Assembly (NCBI GenBank): GCA_951804945.1
Contig: OX638157.1
Span: 29,016,001 to 29,080,000 of the forward strand
DNA from: Podarcis cretensis
Taxonomy: Eukaryota
Reading direction: 5' to 3'
DNA: 64,000 bases
In this document: positions 1 through 12,505 of the stretch, piece by piece
How positions within the stretch are numbered: position 1 is the stretch's first letter
Layout of the letters: each line of letters opens with the position of its first letter
Made by a program: the position numbers and the translations under genes
The notes under the pieces: generated by a model
Told to the model about the DNA's origin: nothing
Seen by the model: the letters and a program-made list of their open reading frames with translations, nothing else
Database searches by the model: none

Positions 1-621
1 TTGACTTTCATTTTGTCAACTATTAAGACTCCTACATTGAAATGTAAATAAAATATATTGGTAGCAAGGGGTTCTCTTTTGGTTTTCTCAAGAGCCTTTT
101 GGGATTGCTATCACTACCCTACAATGCTAAATGCATTGTAGAACTGGAGCCACACCAGTTCCTTAAGACAACTGTGCCTCTTACTAGAGCAGATTTCTTG
201 GATATTGCTTTGTGTTTGATAGGATGTCGTTGAGAATGATAGAGCGGAAAAAATAAGTTAGTGTAGAGTTAAATTGTTTAAGACTTTCTACCCTTGGAAA
301 AATGTCAGTAGGATTACCTGGAGAAATTTAAGATGTGCTTAGCAAAAGCCTGATAGCTGCTTTCCCGAGATAAAAGCAATGTTGGGTGGCAGCAGTTGGA
401 GAGTGGTTCAATATCCTCTCCTCTCAAATTGCCCTTTCTTGAGATTGCTGCTTTTCCTGAAGCAAGCAGTATCAGGAATTGGTTGCATATGTATGTAGTT
501 TACTCTATGACATTTGTTCTGTTAGTTTCCCTAATGATAGCAGCATCAAGGAAACTGTCACTAAACACATTTTAAGGTCTGTGTCTAACTCAGTATTTGC
601 AGAGCATTATTGATATACACA

Positions 622-978
622 TAAAGGTAAAGGTACCCCTGCCCGTACGGGCCAGTCGTGTCCGACTCTAGTGTTGTGCGCCCATCTCACTTAAGAGGCC
701 GGAGGCCAGCGCTGTCCGAAGACACTTCCGGGTCACATGGCCAGCGTGACGAAGCTGCTCTGGCGAGCCAGCGCAGCACACAGAAACGCCGTTTACCTTC
801 CCGCTAGTAAGCGGTACCTATTTATCTACTTGCACTTAGGGGTGCTTTCGAACTGCTAGGTTGGCAGGCTCTGGGACCGAGCAGCGGGAGCGCACCCCGC
901 CGCGGGGATTCGAACCGCCGACCATACGATCGGCAAGTCCTAGGCGCTGAGGTTTTACCCACAGCGCCACCCGTGTCC
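622..978 (-). mobile_element. Sauria SINE, full length
   Basis: tRNA-like head with box B (GGTTCGAATCC on - strand), ACCTTT tail; 11-bp TSD tgatatacaca at 611-621 and 979-989. Confidence 0.92.
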
Positions 979-1569
979 TGATATACACAATACTTTATGT
1001 AAATTGAGATGGGCTCACTACTGTGATGAGGTTGCGGTCTGTAAAGATGATACAGCAGCTTGGAGAAGGACTGAAGGAAAAGAAGTGATTGAATGCATTC
1101 ATTTGCATATGGGTGCAATCTATTAAGGGCTTGAAAGTATTCGTAGTACTTTCTCAAACAACTGTATTTCTTTGTGATGAATGACTAAGGTTATTTACAG
1201 CAGCAGCCAAGAGATTTGTTTAATTGTATAGCACAGGTTTCTCCAAAAACGATCCTACCAGCATTTCCTCACTTGTCTAGTTCGATCTGAAATGGTGGGT
1301 GGGAGGAGAACGGAGCCTAACTCTTCATGTTATACATTATGTGCTGTGGTGATGAAGGGGAGAGGACCACAAAAATGTTGATTCTTAAGAAAAAACTATG
1401 AAGTCCACAGTCAGGAATATGTTTCTTGTGGCTAAACAAGATGCACAAAATTTTGAACAAGCTTTTAGGTTATCCAAAACTCTTCATCAGGCTAGATGTT
1501 AAGCCAAGCTAGAGAGTAGGTTGCGGTGACTTGCTAAAGGATACCTGGTGACTAGTTGTTATTATAGAC

Positions 1570-1705
1570 CAGGCTTCCTCAACCTCAGCCCTCCGGATGT
1601 TTTGAGACTACAGTTCCCATCATCCCTGACTACTGGTCCTGCTAGCTAGGGATCAATAGAGTTGTAGGTCAAAAACATCTGGAGGGCCGAGGTTGAGGAA
1701 GCCTG
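1570..1705. mobile_element. hAT-type MITE
   Basis: Long TIRs caggcttcctcaacctc...gaggttgaggaagcctg; 8-bp TSD ttatagac/ttatggac. Confidence 0.85.
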
Positions 1706-2608
1706 TTATGGACTTTATATGGCATCTTACAAAGTAAGTGTCTTGAATTTGTCGTATTTAATTGTATATTTAGCTTAAAGCAGTTTTTTGTTATCCCTGT
1801 GTGTGTCTTAAACTATGTGGTCACTACAAGTCTTGAAATACTCATGAGAAATAACACATGATGAAAGTATGAGAAGTTGATTCATGTCTACAATGGACAT
1901 TTACTTATATTCTGCTTTTATGCAATGCTGACTGGTTCTTTCTCCCCGATTAGCGGCTTTAGTGTCCTTGGGTGCCTTGAGTATTGCTTTGTTGCTTTCA
2001 GTACTGAGGTAGGAGCACTAGCACTAGTTTAGAGAAGTTCCTCATCTGTTTAAACCTCAGTGCTGTTTTACCAGAGACAGTTACACTGAAGTTTTGAGAA
2101 TTGCAGTACTCGTCCAAGTGGTCATTTTTCTTTCTCTGCTTTTTCAAAATGTGAACCCCTACAGCTTGCGCCAGAGATCTGGAAATGATTATTCATTCAT
2201 GTCTGCAATTTTGTGAAAACCATCTGGCGACTTCAGTAAATCAGCATTTTATGATCTGGGGGAAATTGCCCATTTGGGTGGTGGTCTTCAAAACCAGATT
2301 AATCTGCAGAACCTGAAGTAATTTTAAATCAGTTATGTAGACTATCTGTGTGAACAGCCACTTGCATTCATCTTTAACATTAGAATAGAGTAGACATTGA
2401 GTGTCATCGTCCATTTAATTGACACAGGGCAGTTCTTGGGGTTATCTAAGTCAATTGGTACTGATTCCATAGCATACTGCAATGAACTTCTATTGGGCAT
2501 TTGAATTTGTGGAAAGAAGCTGCATAAAACTGACACTGTTTAGTTTTGGGTTTTTTTGGAAATTATTTATTTTTGTCTATAATTGCAAATATCACTGCAT
2601 AAAAATAA

Positions 2609-2644
2609 TATCTGAAGAAGTGTGCATGCACACGAAAGCTCATA
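2609..2644 (+). ncRNA. Minimal type-I hammerhead ribozyme motif (METTL14 sense strand)
   Basis: UAU-CUGAAGA-A-GUGUGCAUGCACAC-GAAA-GC-UC^AUA; predicted cleavage after 2641; stem I only 3 bp. Confidence 0.7.
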
Positions 2645-2699
2645 CCAAGAACTGACTTAGTTGGTTTTTAAGGTGCTACTGGAAGGATTTTTTTTGTTT
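2611..2699 (+). mobile_element. Penelope-like element terminal fragment (copy 1)
   Basis: Same sequence as the other three copies; 11-bp TSD taaaaataata at 2600-2610 and 2700-2710. Confidence 0.8.
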
Positions 2700-2997
2700 T
2701 AAAAATAATAAGTAACTGTGTAAAACACAGAACCGATCGGCACCTTGTTGATTGAATCCACAGCCTTAACACTAGGAGGACAGGGGTTAATCAAAGAGGA
2801 GCAAATCTGAGGACCCACATAGTTCACCTTATTAGGCAGTCAGCCAAAATTTCAGTTTCTTTCAGAGGGATGTTATACTTAACTGTGGACATACGGGAAA
2901 ATCCCCCATCCCTTCTGCGAACTCCAGAGAATATTTCTGTTGGGAAACATGCTTGGGAGAGATGCAGATTCATACAGAAGATCCCCAACCTCTATAC

Positions 2998-3134
2998 CAG
3001 GCATAGGCAAACTCGGCCCTCCAGATGTTTTGGGACTACAACTCCCATCATCCCTAGCTAAGAGGACCAGTGGTCAGGGATGATGGGAGTTGTAGTCCCA
3101 AAACATCTGGAGGGCCGAGTTTGCCTATGGCCTG
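2998..3134. mobile_element. hAT-type MITE (related to 1570-1705)
   Basis: Near-perfect ~55-bp inverted arms; 8-bp TSD ctctatac/ctctacac. Confidence 0.88.
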
Positions 3135-3831
3135 CTCTACACTCTGCCTGAGCTGAGAGCTGCTGAGGGAGCATTGCTGATGCTGCTTCCTCCATCTGCC
3201 CATCTCTGCGGCTCTCATCACCATAGCTACCTCCTCCTTTCTCATCCTGTACCATAGGAGCCAACTCCTAGGGCCCAAGGTCCCTTTGGCCCCCCCATAA
3301 AATGTTTGAGGGGGCTAGGACCCCCAAAGTTGATGGTCATTGCCATTGAAATGGGGTGTGTGTGTGGTTGATTGCACTGGACAGGGCTTACGTGGACCCC
3401 GATACTTTATCCAAGTTGATATCCCTGTCCTGTACCTTTCCAGTGCTAGTACTTTCTTATTTTAGATATTTTTTCTGTGCCCTTCAGCCAACAGGACTTA
3501 TATAATACTAACACAACCAATCTATATGGTCAATAAAAACACAGCTGTTAAATCGCAGTTGAGAGCAGCATTAAAACTCAGCGTAAGGCAAATATGTGCT
3601 GAGCATACAGGTCACCTGCAGCTCTTCTTTGCGCCACTAGTCAGTGCCCAGAACACAAGCCATCTCTGCTCTTTGTATAGTGCCTGTCTACTCCATTTGA
3701 TTTGGACTGGAAGAGGCAGGTCAGTTTAGGTGGAAGGCAAAGCCATCCTCTGAGCACTGACTAGTGATAAGAGGTGCTGGGAAAGATGACAGCTTTGGTA
3801 ACCACTTCAGGAGGGCTTATAAAATATGCTT

Positions 3832-4439
3832 TTTTAAAAAAAAAAAAAATATTTATTAAGATTTTGGAAATTACAAAAAGAAAAAAGAAAAGTTAAACAT
3901 AGAAAAACAGAAACAAAAAACAAAAACACTACATAAAACATTAAATTAGCAAAACGAAACAAAAACAATTAAAAACACTTCCAATCTTTTCGATCTTAAC
4001 TTTCATACACTTGTTTCATTGACTTCCTCAACGCCTCCCTTTCTGTATTCCACTTCAATTAACTATTTCAGCAAGTCCTTTCCATCTTCATCTATTTTCT
4101 GTCTTATAGTTAATTTTAACATATTGTAACCTAATCCCCCCCCCTTTAATGCATTAACCATCTATCTATACCTAGTTCCTTCTAACATTTCTGCCAAAGC
4201 CATATAACTTTATTCCACTTTTTTTCTAAAGCTCCTTAATTTTACAGTATTTCTGTAAATAATCTTTAAATTTTTTCCAATCTTCCTCCACCGACTCTTC
4301 TCCCTGGTCTCGGATTCTGCCAGTCATTTCCACCAGTTCCATATAGTCCATCAACTTCATCTGCCATTCTTCCCGGGTGGGTAAATCTTGTGTCTTCCAG
4401 TACCTCGCAATGAGTATTCTTGCTGCTGTTGTCGCATAC
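3832..4439 (-). mobile_element. 5'-truncated LINE (L1/Tx1-like) 3' end
   Basis: ORF2 C-terminus YATTAARILIARYWK...DWKKFKDYL, 3' UTR, AATAAA; TSD ataaaata(t/c)gctt; related copy at 41287-41881. Confidence 0.8.
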
Positions 4440-4847
4440 ATAAAATACGCTTCTTCAGTTGCTCAATCTTTTATCTTCCATAATGTGGGGCAGATTTAAC
4501 CTTGCTATTCATAACATATCTCTGTTGTGCACTTTGCACACTTTTATAACAATCACTTCCACTTTACAAACACTTTCTGAGGACTTGGTCACGCTCTTTA
4601 GAATAATGATTTTCGTGCTTTTGATGCTCAATTTTAAAAAGATATCTGTGGCTGAGAAAGTAGAATTTCTCCATTCATTGTCTTGGTCTCTGGCTAGTTA
4701 GATGGATCTTCAAAAGAAGTGGCATGCTGTGTTCTGTCTCCCATAAGCAGTTGTATATATGTGACATGCGGATTTGCTGGGTTGGCGTTTTCTTGTGTGC
4801 GTCTGATATACTTCCAAAAACTTTCTCTTTGGTTTTGTTCTACCTAG

Positions 4848-5058
4848 GAACACTGCCTTATGGGCATTAAAGGAACAGTCCGTCGTAGTACGGATGGAGA
4901 CTTTATCCATGCTAATGTCGACATAGATTTAATTATCACAGAAGAGCCTGAAATTGGCAATATAGAGAAACCAGTGGAAATATTTCACATCATTGAACAT
5001 TTTTGCCTTGGAAGACGACGGCTTCACCTCTTTGGCCGGGATAGCACAATCCGACCAG
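4848..5058 (+). CDS. METTL14: METTL14 (m6A methyltransferase non-catalytic subunit), penultimate coding exon
   Basis: ctacctag|GAACAC...CGACCAG|gttag; 211 nt; translates [70 protein letters not shown], the METTL14 MT-A70 domain. Confidence 0.97.
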
Positions 5059-6645
5059 GTTAGTGTTAGTCTGATTCTGATGCTTAATCATTATTTCAAA
5101 GTTTTTCCAGGAGAGGTGGACCTTTTATAAAGATTAATGGTGTGCATGAATGGGAGAAAGAAACTCTTTAGAGAGTAGTTACATTAATCTGTTGCAGCCA
5201 AATACAAAATCTACTTATACTCCTAGACTAACTGATTCATTAGGGCATGAGCTTTCATAGGGAAGAGACTATTTTTTTTCAATAAAGTGGACTGAGAACA
5301 TGATGGGAACATAAATATTTCAGAGTTAAGGCACTTGGGGGTGGGGAGGAAATGAGAATGAGAATGCAAGAATCTGAGTTCTGCTATCTGCAGTGTAAGA
5401 TGTGAATTGAAGAATTATTTGTGCTGGGATCTTCAATGCACAAATGCTAAGTAATTTCTGTTATTAATGAAGGAAAGATAATTGTTATGCAGATTCTTAT
5501 TCTAACTCCTTTTTGAACATTTTTTTTCCAAAGACTAATCTCAGAGAGAAAACAATATTCAGCGAAATGGTCCACTGTTTTCATGTATAGTTGGGTTGAT
5601 CTTAGAAGAGTTCAGATGCGGTGTATTCTGTCTTGGTGCAGAGGGCAGTGACTAAATGGTATTCTGGTTGATTCCAGCTGTTTGGTTGATTGAGTTTGAG
5701 AAAACATGTTCTCCCACAAGAGGAACTTATTAGCCCTTATACTCCTACCCTGATCCTAAACATTTGCATCAGAATAAATGCATCTCCTTTGATATCAGCA
5801 GACTGTCATGGGTTGCCATGTTGTGCTGAAACCTAGGTTAGGGCTCCCCATTTCTACCCTTTGTTGAGATATTCCCCAGTTAAATAAGTGGGGATAAAAT
5901 GGGGGGGGGGGGGGCAATAACCAGAGCTACTGATGTCATCTGGAACTGAGCAAAAATTGAATTCCTTTTACAAAGAGACCATGCAACTTTTATGTGCAAA
6001 ATTTCTCCACTTAAGTACTGGAGTGAGTGGAGGATTTCCCCAATGCTGAGTATCACAACAGTGAATAAAGTTTACGAATAAAGATTTGTGCGTAGTATAT
6101 CTTGTTTGGTTACCGCATTGTAGAGAGTTTCGTTCTGGCACTAGAATGTTCGATTTATAGGCTCTCCTCTCTCGAGTCATGGATCATGCATTTTCTAACA
6201 ATGATAAATGCATACTTCTTGAGAGCTCACTTTCTAAGCAGAACTGATGAAAGGATTCTAAAAACAAAGGAAAGGAAGTGTAAGAATACTGGCCAATTAT
6301 TGCTTCTTTCTTGACCACCTTAGAAATTAATCAATCCCAAAAGTTTCTTCTGCAAATGTGGCGGTGTATTTGCCTGCCTCTCTTCTCTTTCCACCGAGCA
6401 GGTAATCTAACCTTCGTCTATGAACCTCCCTAGCAGCACTTCAGCAATGGGAGTTCAGATTCTGCTTTTAGCATCTGATTACCAAGCCTAGTAGGGCGGT
6501 TTTGTGTGTGTGTAACAATAGTTTGCTTCCATTTCTACAATATCTATAACTTTATGTAGTTATAGTAGTAATCCAGTCTGGTAGTAACCAAGGCACTGAA
6601 CTCTGCTCGCATCTCACTGATTGCTGCTTTTCTTTCTCCTCTTAG

Positions 6646-6950
6646 GCTGGCTAACTGTGGGACCCACACTCACAAACAGCAACTTCAACGCAGAAACATA
6701 TACGTCCTATTTCACAGCTCCAAATTCCAACCTAACTGGCTGTACAGAAGAGATTGAGAGACTCAGGCCTAAATCGCCGCCGCCAAAAGACCGAGGCGGT
6801 GGCGCACCGAGGGGTGGAGGAAGAGGCGGGACTTCAGCTGGCCGAGGAGAAAGGGGCAGAGAGAGAAACAGAACAAATTTTCGGGGGGAAAGGGGAGGGT
6901 TCCGGGGAGGACGGGGTGGTACCCACCGGGGTGGCTTTCCTCCTCGTTGA
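6646..6950 (+). CDS. METTL14: METTL14 last coding exon with C-terminal RGG tail
   Basis: Polypyrimidine tract then cttag|GC; phase matches the previous exon; (G)[18 protein letters not shown]...RPKSPPPK...RGGFPPR-TGA. Confidence 0.97.
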
Positions 6951-8400
6951 ACGTATCAAAGTCTCAATCTTTCCCTGCCTTAATACCACTGCTTTTCCTT
7001 TGTTTGAAGTCTTCGTTCTGCTGAGGTTGTCCTTATTAGCGACTGAGTCCAGAATTTTAGTACTGACTGTATTCTTTCTTTTTTATATACATGCTGCTTG
7101 AGCCAGCCCATTTAGAGCACATCAGCTTCCTTGATGAGTAACATCCAGTGCTTGTGACAGATCTCATTCACAAAAGTTGAAATCAAAGCAGAAACACCTC
7201 TCAGTGGTTTCAGTTGTGGTTTCAAGAGCTTTCATCAACTCTCGGTCTTCCCGATTTGCAAATCATTTTATTTACTGTTAACCTTGACTCATAAACCGAA
7301 CAAAAATCCTTGCTTGCCTCCTCTAAACACTATTCTCAGGCTAATGAAATGCAACTCTAGTTCCCATTGCAATACTAGAAAATTGGTGCTGATGTAAACA
7401 GAAACTATTATATTTGGCATTTTAATTAACAACTTGTGTCAAATATGTTAATTTTTCTTTTAAGAGGTGATTGACTTTGAGACTAATGATTGATAGGAAG
7501 CACAGAGAACCTATTATCAGTATTCTGTTGATACCTCATATCTGTATGTCAGCACATAGTCCATATATGTGTGTAATCAGGGAATGATGCAAAGTGGTGG
7601 TGATGGCTGCCTTTTTAAAAAAGAAAAAAAGTTTAAATCTTGCTAATACCTATAACAATTTACCATATTCATTGGCTGAAAAATTAAAGTTTAGATTTAC
7701 TTGCAGAAGGCTCAAAACACTTGAGAATATGGTCCAACTAAACTGAAGCAATTTAGTGGAAGAAATTCAGGTATTCTGAATTTCCTGTTGAAGCTGTTGG
7801 GACTTCAGAAGGTGCCAGGCTGAATTGTGCTGTAAGTATGAGTATGTATAATACCAAAATAATAGGAAATTACTTCTAAAATACTGCTTGTAAATATGAA
7901 TTCATTTGCTCTTTTATTGCAGCCAGGTGCTTTGATCCACATAAACAACAGAGTGGGGGCTAAAGGCTGTACTCCCTTTCTCTCCCCCCCCATGATCATT
8001 TGAATTTTGTGTGCTTATTTTTTTAAAAAACCTGATGTTATGGATTAGTTGTGTATGATGAAATCTGATGAAATTTCAGCTCATCTTGTAAGGACTCAAA
8101 ATTTCTTGTACTTTGGTTCCTGAAAGCCAGCTTTTAAATGTCTTTTTAAGTGATGGAATGTATTTCTACTATTTTTGATAAATATGTAATTATTTTATTG
8201 GATGCTTGCCTTTATTTTATATATTTATTTTCATTGGCGGGTTCATGTCAGTTTTCACGTTCAGCTTTGCAGGTTTAAACCCTAATTTACTGTAGTAATA
8301 CATTTTTTCCATAGAACTGTGATTTTATGTAAGTCTGTAAATGAGAACTCAGCTGTGAAACTGTTTATGCAGTATCCAAGACAAATGTGTGACTCGGGTT
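6951..8400 (+). other. METTL14: Probable METTL14 3' UTR (3' end uncertain)
   Basis: Apparently repeat-free, AU-rich sequence following the stop codon; the first canonical AATAAA I found downstream is at 8959-8964, so the end is not defined. Confidence 0.5.
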
Positions 8401-8425
8401 AACCTTTTTGGTTTGATTAGGTAGA

Positions 8426-8440
8426 GTTGCCACCTAGTGG
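8426..8440 (-). promoter_or_regulatory. Candidate CTCF binding motif between the convergent gene ends
   Basis: Minus strand reads CCACTAGGTGGCAAC, close to the CTCF core consensus. Confidence 0.5.
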
Positions 8441-9882
8441 AACGGGAACGAAATTCTAAAGTCAGTTTATTGTGCAACCTATGAGAAGACCACTGTATTT
8501 CCACATCCTACGTGAGAGAGGGCACCACTGGATGAGATTGATTATATCCTGTATAATACCGACTCCAAGAAAATTGGGGATGTAAAATATGTTTTTAAAA
8601 TGGTCTCAGTTAAGTAAAGATAAAAGCTACTGTAGGACTAAAGTAATAGTTTATTTCTCAAGGTAGTAATTTCCAGCTTCTGAAGAATATTATGTTCTAC
8701 AAATTTAGATGGCTTTTTAAAAGAATCAGACATTCATATACATCCATCAACAGCTGAACGAAAACTCATAATCAGAGACAATATACTTTCAAACACCAGA
8801 AGCTTGGGATGAACACCAGGAGATGGCTTAATGTCCTTTACGCACTTCCTAGAGGCACTTATGGAAACATGAAGGTGGACTACATCATGGACACTTAAGT
8901 CTGGTCAGGTAGGGTCCTTTTGCAAGAACAGTGTAGTATAGCGATAGTGGCTTCTTGTAATAAAAAACTATGAAATACTGTTTGTTATGATGCAACAGAA
9001 CACAGGATAGACCGAGATGAAGATGGAAAATGTATCAAGCTGTTAAACAAGCTAGGACACTTTTTCTTAACAAACAGTTTAATGTAGTGGTTCCCAATTG
9101 GGAGCCCACCCGGTGAGTCCATGGCACATACCTGTCAATTGTCCGGCACAGCCTGCTTTTGGGGGCTGTGCTTTCGCCCCCAAACATATCAGATTGCGGC
9201 TGTGCTTTCATGTGGGTAATGTGATTCATGTGGGAGTGCAGCACAGAAGACGGCATCCCAGTTTTGCACTGGGACATGTTGGAGGGTATCGTGGCACCAT
9301 TCACAAAACAAAAACTACTCCAGATATATCAACATTTTTCAAAAGTAGGAGGTCCAGAGCTTGGCTTCAGAAAAACAAGAGGACTGCAATACTTAGCTAA
9401 TTGGGAACCACTGGTTTAGTGCATAAGTAGCACCCTGCTGGCTGAAACAAAGACCTACCTAGTTACAGCAGCCATTCATTGAGTTACTAAAAGTTCTAAT
9501 GTTACAAGAGGGAGAAAAGCTTTTGCCCACTTTATCTGTTTTATCCGCCACAAATGCTTTAAGCAACAGGAACAGGCAGTATAGTCTCCAGATGTTGGCC
9601 TACAACTCCCATCAGTCTCAGCCAACATGGCCAATGGTCAGGGATGGGAATTACAATGTCTGGAAGACACTGTGTCTGTTACCCCTGTTTTTAAGCCTTT
9701 CATCCTAAGGATGATATTTTGGTTACCATGGTGCATCACAGCACACAAAATGAAAAGAACAGTTACTTAAATGTATATCAACTTGAAACTGTAAATAGAC
9801 CAAAACAAAACAGGGCTGAGAACAAAACGATCAGTTCATGAGCACTAAAAATCAAAGGTAACAACTTTCTAATGCTTTGCAA

Positions 9883-9888
9883 TTTATT
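9883..9888 (-). terminator. Candidate SEC24D polyadenylation signal AATAAA
   Basis: tttatt on the + strand ~290 nt past the stop codon, followed on the - strand by U/GU-rich sequence. Confidence 0.6.
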
Positions 9889-10175
9889 GAAAGTTTATGA
9901 AATGAAAACCACACGGTTTAAGCATTGAAAGATTCCAGGATTCCAGATCTTGCCATAAGAAATATTTTTCCTTTTAAAGAACAATAAATGCTCTCCCATA
10001 GGAGTTATACCTGAGCGCAGACTTGCCTATGCTACATTATTATGAAAAGGGGCACTAGTGTATGGAATTAGAAACTGTACAAAAAAGTAGCGTTAAAAAG
10101 CACCTTCTGGTGGTTGGTCACTTAAGAATAGTCCCTTTTGACAAAATGCAAAGAGAATTAATATTCAAGCATCCA

Positions 10176-10316
10176 TTAGTTGAGCAGCTGACAGATCTCT
10201 TTATGAACACAACACAAGAAATCCACGTAAGAAGCTCCTCCATAAATACTCTTGTCTTCAACCAGGAATTGTTTGAAAGCCATTTCTGCTTGCTCCCTTT
10301 GCTTCACAATCAGGAT
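10176..10316 (-). CDS. SEC24D: SEC24D last coding exon 22
   Basis: [49 protein letters not shown]; 141 nt. Confidence 0.97.
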   Translation of the reverse strand: MLIVKQREQAEMAFKQFLVEDKSIYGGASYVDFLCCVHKEICQLLN

Positions 10317-10507
10317 CTGAAAAGAAAAGTTGTGATCCAGGTGTTAAGAATTCAAAAATACTGCCTTGACTCTGTTTTACCTTGCAACAAACTGAACACA
10401 CAGCAGAAAAGGTTTGAAAGAAGTTCTGTTTGCTATCCCCATGTCAAAACTGCACAGTTCAGCAAGCATTTTAAAAATAGCATTACAAGGGAAATTTAAT
10501 CTGTTAC

Positions 10508-10597
10508 CTTCATGGAATAAGGTGTTTTGCTCTGCAGATGATCAATCATTGATCTCAGTTTCTTAGAGTAGGGATTGTCCACTTCAGGAAGAAGTGT
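10508..10597 (-). CDS. SEC24D: SEC24D coding exon 21
   Basis: TLLPEVDNPYSKKLRSMIDHLQSKTPYSMK; 90 nt. Confidence 0.95.
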
Positions 10598-11394
10598 CTG
10601 CATGATAAAAACGCACAGAAAATTAATGTATAAAAGAATTGATTTGGGTCAAAAGACGGCCTTATTTACATATTGTGGGAGATGGGGGGTTTCTATGGCG
10701 TGACCAAATTACATTGGATTTTAATCTGGATTACTATTATTATTTGCAACTGTGGATTTATTTTGATTATAATTGTTCATGGGTTTGGACATTGTATTTG
10801 TTGCAGTAAGCAGCCCTGATTACTTACTTTGGCCAGCCTCATTTTCTTTTCCAGATTCTGGGGTAATAGGGGATTAAAACCTTTGCCCCTACCCATATTC
10901 CCAATCCAGATCTTCTACACTATGTCGCTAGTATTTGGTGTCAATTGTAACTTTCTTCTGGAGCAAATAGCAGTGGTGTGTGTGTGGTCCAGACTGGGAC
11001 CATAGAAGGAATAAAGTCTTAAATCCATTCTCTTAATATGGGTCTTAATCACCCATATTAAGTTGCAACTTAGATATTACAAAAAGCAAAGAAATTTTAT
11101 ATAGGCTGCTATGCCAACAGCTGCAACTTAGCTCTCTGTAACATGAAAACCCAGTTAAATACATGCACCACAACAATTCCCATAAATGGGGGCTACCGCT
11201 GCAACTTAATACCATGTGAATTCTGATTTTCTTCTATAAATGACATTTTGCTTTTCAATTGCATATAGCTTTTTGCTTGTTTCCTTTCTGCTTCCCATGT
11301 TATGTTAACTTACTTCCTTTCCCAAGTCGCAGAAAGTACTAGAGTTTTAAAGAGGATTTCAATAATATTTATTTCATTCCTTCCTTCCTTCCCA

Positions 11395-11441
11395 TCTGGT
11401 TTGGTTTCCCTAGCCACTCTGGGCAGCTCCCAACATAATTA

Positions 11442-11479
<38 letters not shown>

Positions 11480-11733
11480 AAAGCAATAAAACATCAGACA
11501 TAAAAAACTTCCCTAAACAGGGCTGCCATCAGATGTCTTCTAAAAGTCAGATAGTTGTTTATTCTCGACATTTGATGGGAGGGCGTTCCACAGGGCGGGC
11601 ACCACAACCGAGAAGGCCCTCTGCCTGGTTCCCTGTAACCTCACTTCTTGCAGTGAGGGAACCACAAGAAGGCCCTCGGAGCTGGACCTCAGTGTCAGGC
11701 TGAACGGCGGGGGTGGAGATGCTCCTTCAGGTA
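11395..11733 (-). mobile_element. L2 LINE 3' fragment (interrupted by a mariner-type MITE)
   Basis: gggagggcgttccacagggcgggc...gagaaggccct motif shared with 26620-26795; contains a (GAT)n tract. Confidence 0.65.
11442..11479 (+). repeat. (GAT)n microsatellite
   Basis: Direct reading. Confidence 0.95.
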
Positions 11734-11942
11734 CAGTGGAACCTCAGGTTAAGAACTTAATTCATTCTGGAGGTCTGTTTTTAACCTGAGGTAACACTTT
11801 AGCTAATGGGGCCTCCCGCTTCCGCTGCGCTGTCGCCACACAATTTCTGTTCTCATCCTGAAGCAAAGTTCTTAACCCAAGGTACTATTTCTGGGTTAGC
11901 AGAGTCTGTAACCTGAAGCGTCTGTAACCCAAGGTACCACTG
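11734..11942. mobile_element. Tc1/mariner-type MITE
   Basis: TA|cagtggaacctc...ggtaccactg|TA; same family as 51281-51512. Confidence 0.85.
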
Positions 11943-12505
11943 TATACTGAAGTCTCTGGAGGTGTGCAGAATTGCTGTGTGTGTGGTTTGTTTGTTTTTT
12001 TTAATTTGGGACATTTCAAGCCTTATGAATGGGCTGGGGGTAGGACAGAAAGAAAATCTGTTTGCACATCCAATTTATACTACAGCTCTTTAGCTGTAAA
12101 GGGTTGGGCTTCTCTTGAATTAAAGAACGCTGACCCACATGTTACTCTCTGCTGGGGTGCGGTTCTAATGCAGCCGGAGAACGACAGCTGGGTAGCTATT
12201 AACCTGAGCAGATGAGGAGGGGAGTTAATATTCGTAGTGAGAAACTTAGTATTTTCCTTTCATGCAGAATAGCCCTCAGCTGCAGAAACCCACCCCTGGT
12301 TCTTTACCACTGCCTGCTTGTTAACTGGCAGAGTGTTTGTACTTTCAGCTCCCTTGACTAGTAAAGGGGGGGGGTGATGATCTTAAAGTTGTACTTGCCA
12401 GTGGACATTTTATCATTAAACAGAAGTTAAAGCTGGAGATTGCATTTCAAGGCAAGCATGCAACACCTCTCCCCACCCCCATCTTATACCACCCTGTGTA
12501 CTCAC

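Noticed and set aside
880-978. tRNA gene
   Set aside because: The A/B boxes belong to a SINE head; no complete cloverleaf. The same applies at ~47130-47208 and ~61090-61166
1-4847. Further upstream METTL14 exons
   Set aside because: No reading frame matching the preceding METTL14 peptide was seen; those exons are presumably upstream of the window
10062-10499. 145-aa ORF on the + strand
   Set aside because: Antisense shadow of the SEC24D last exon
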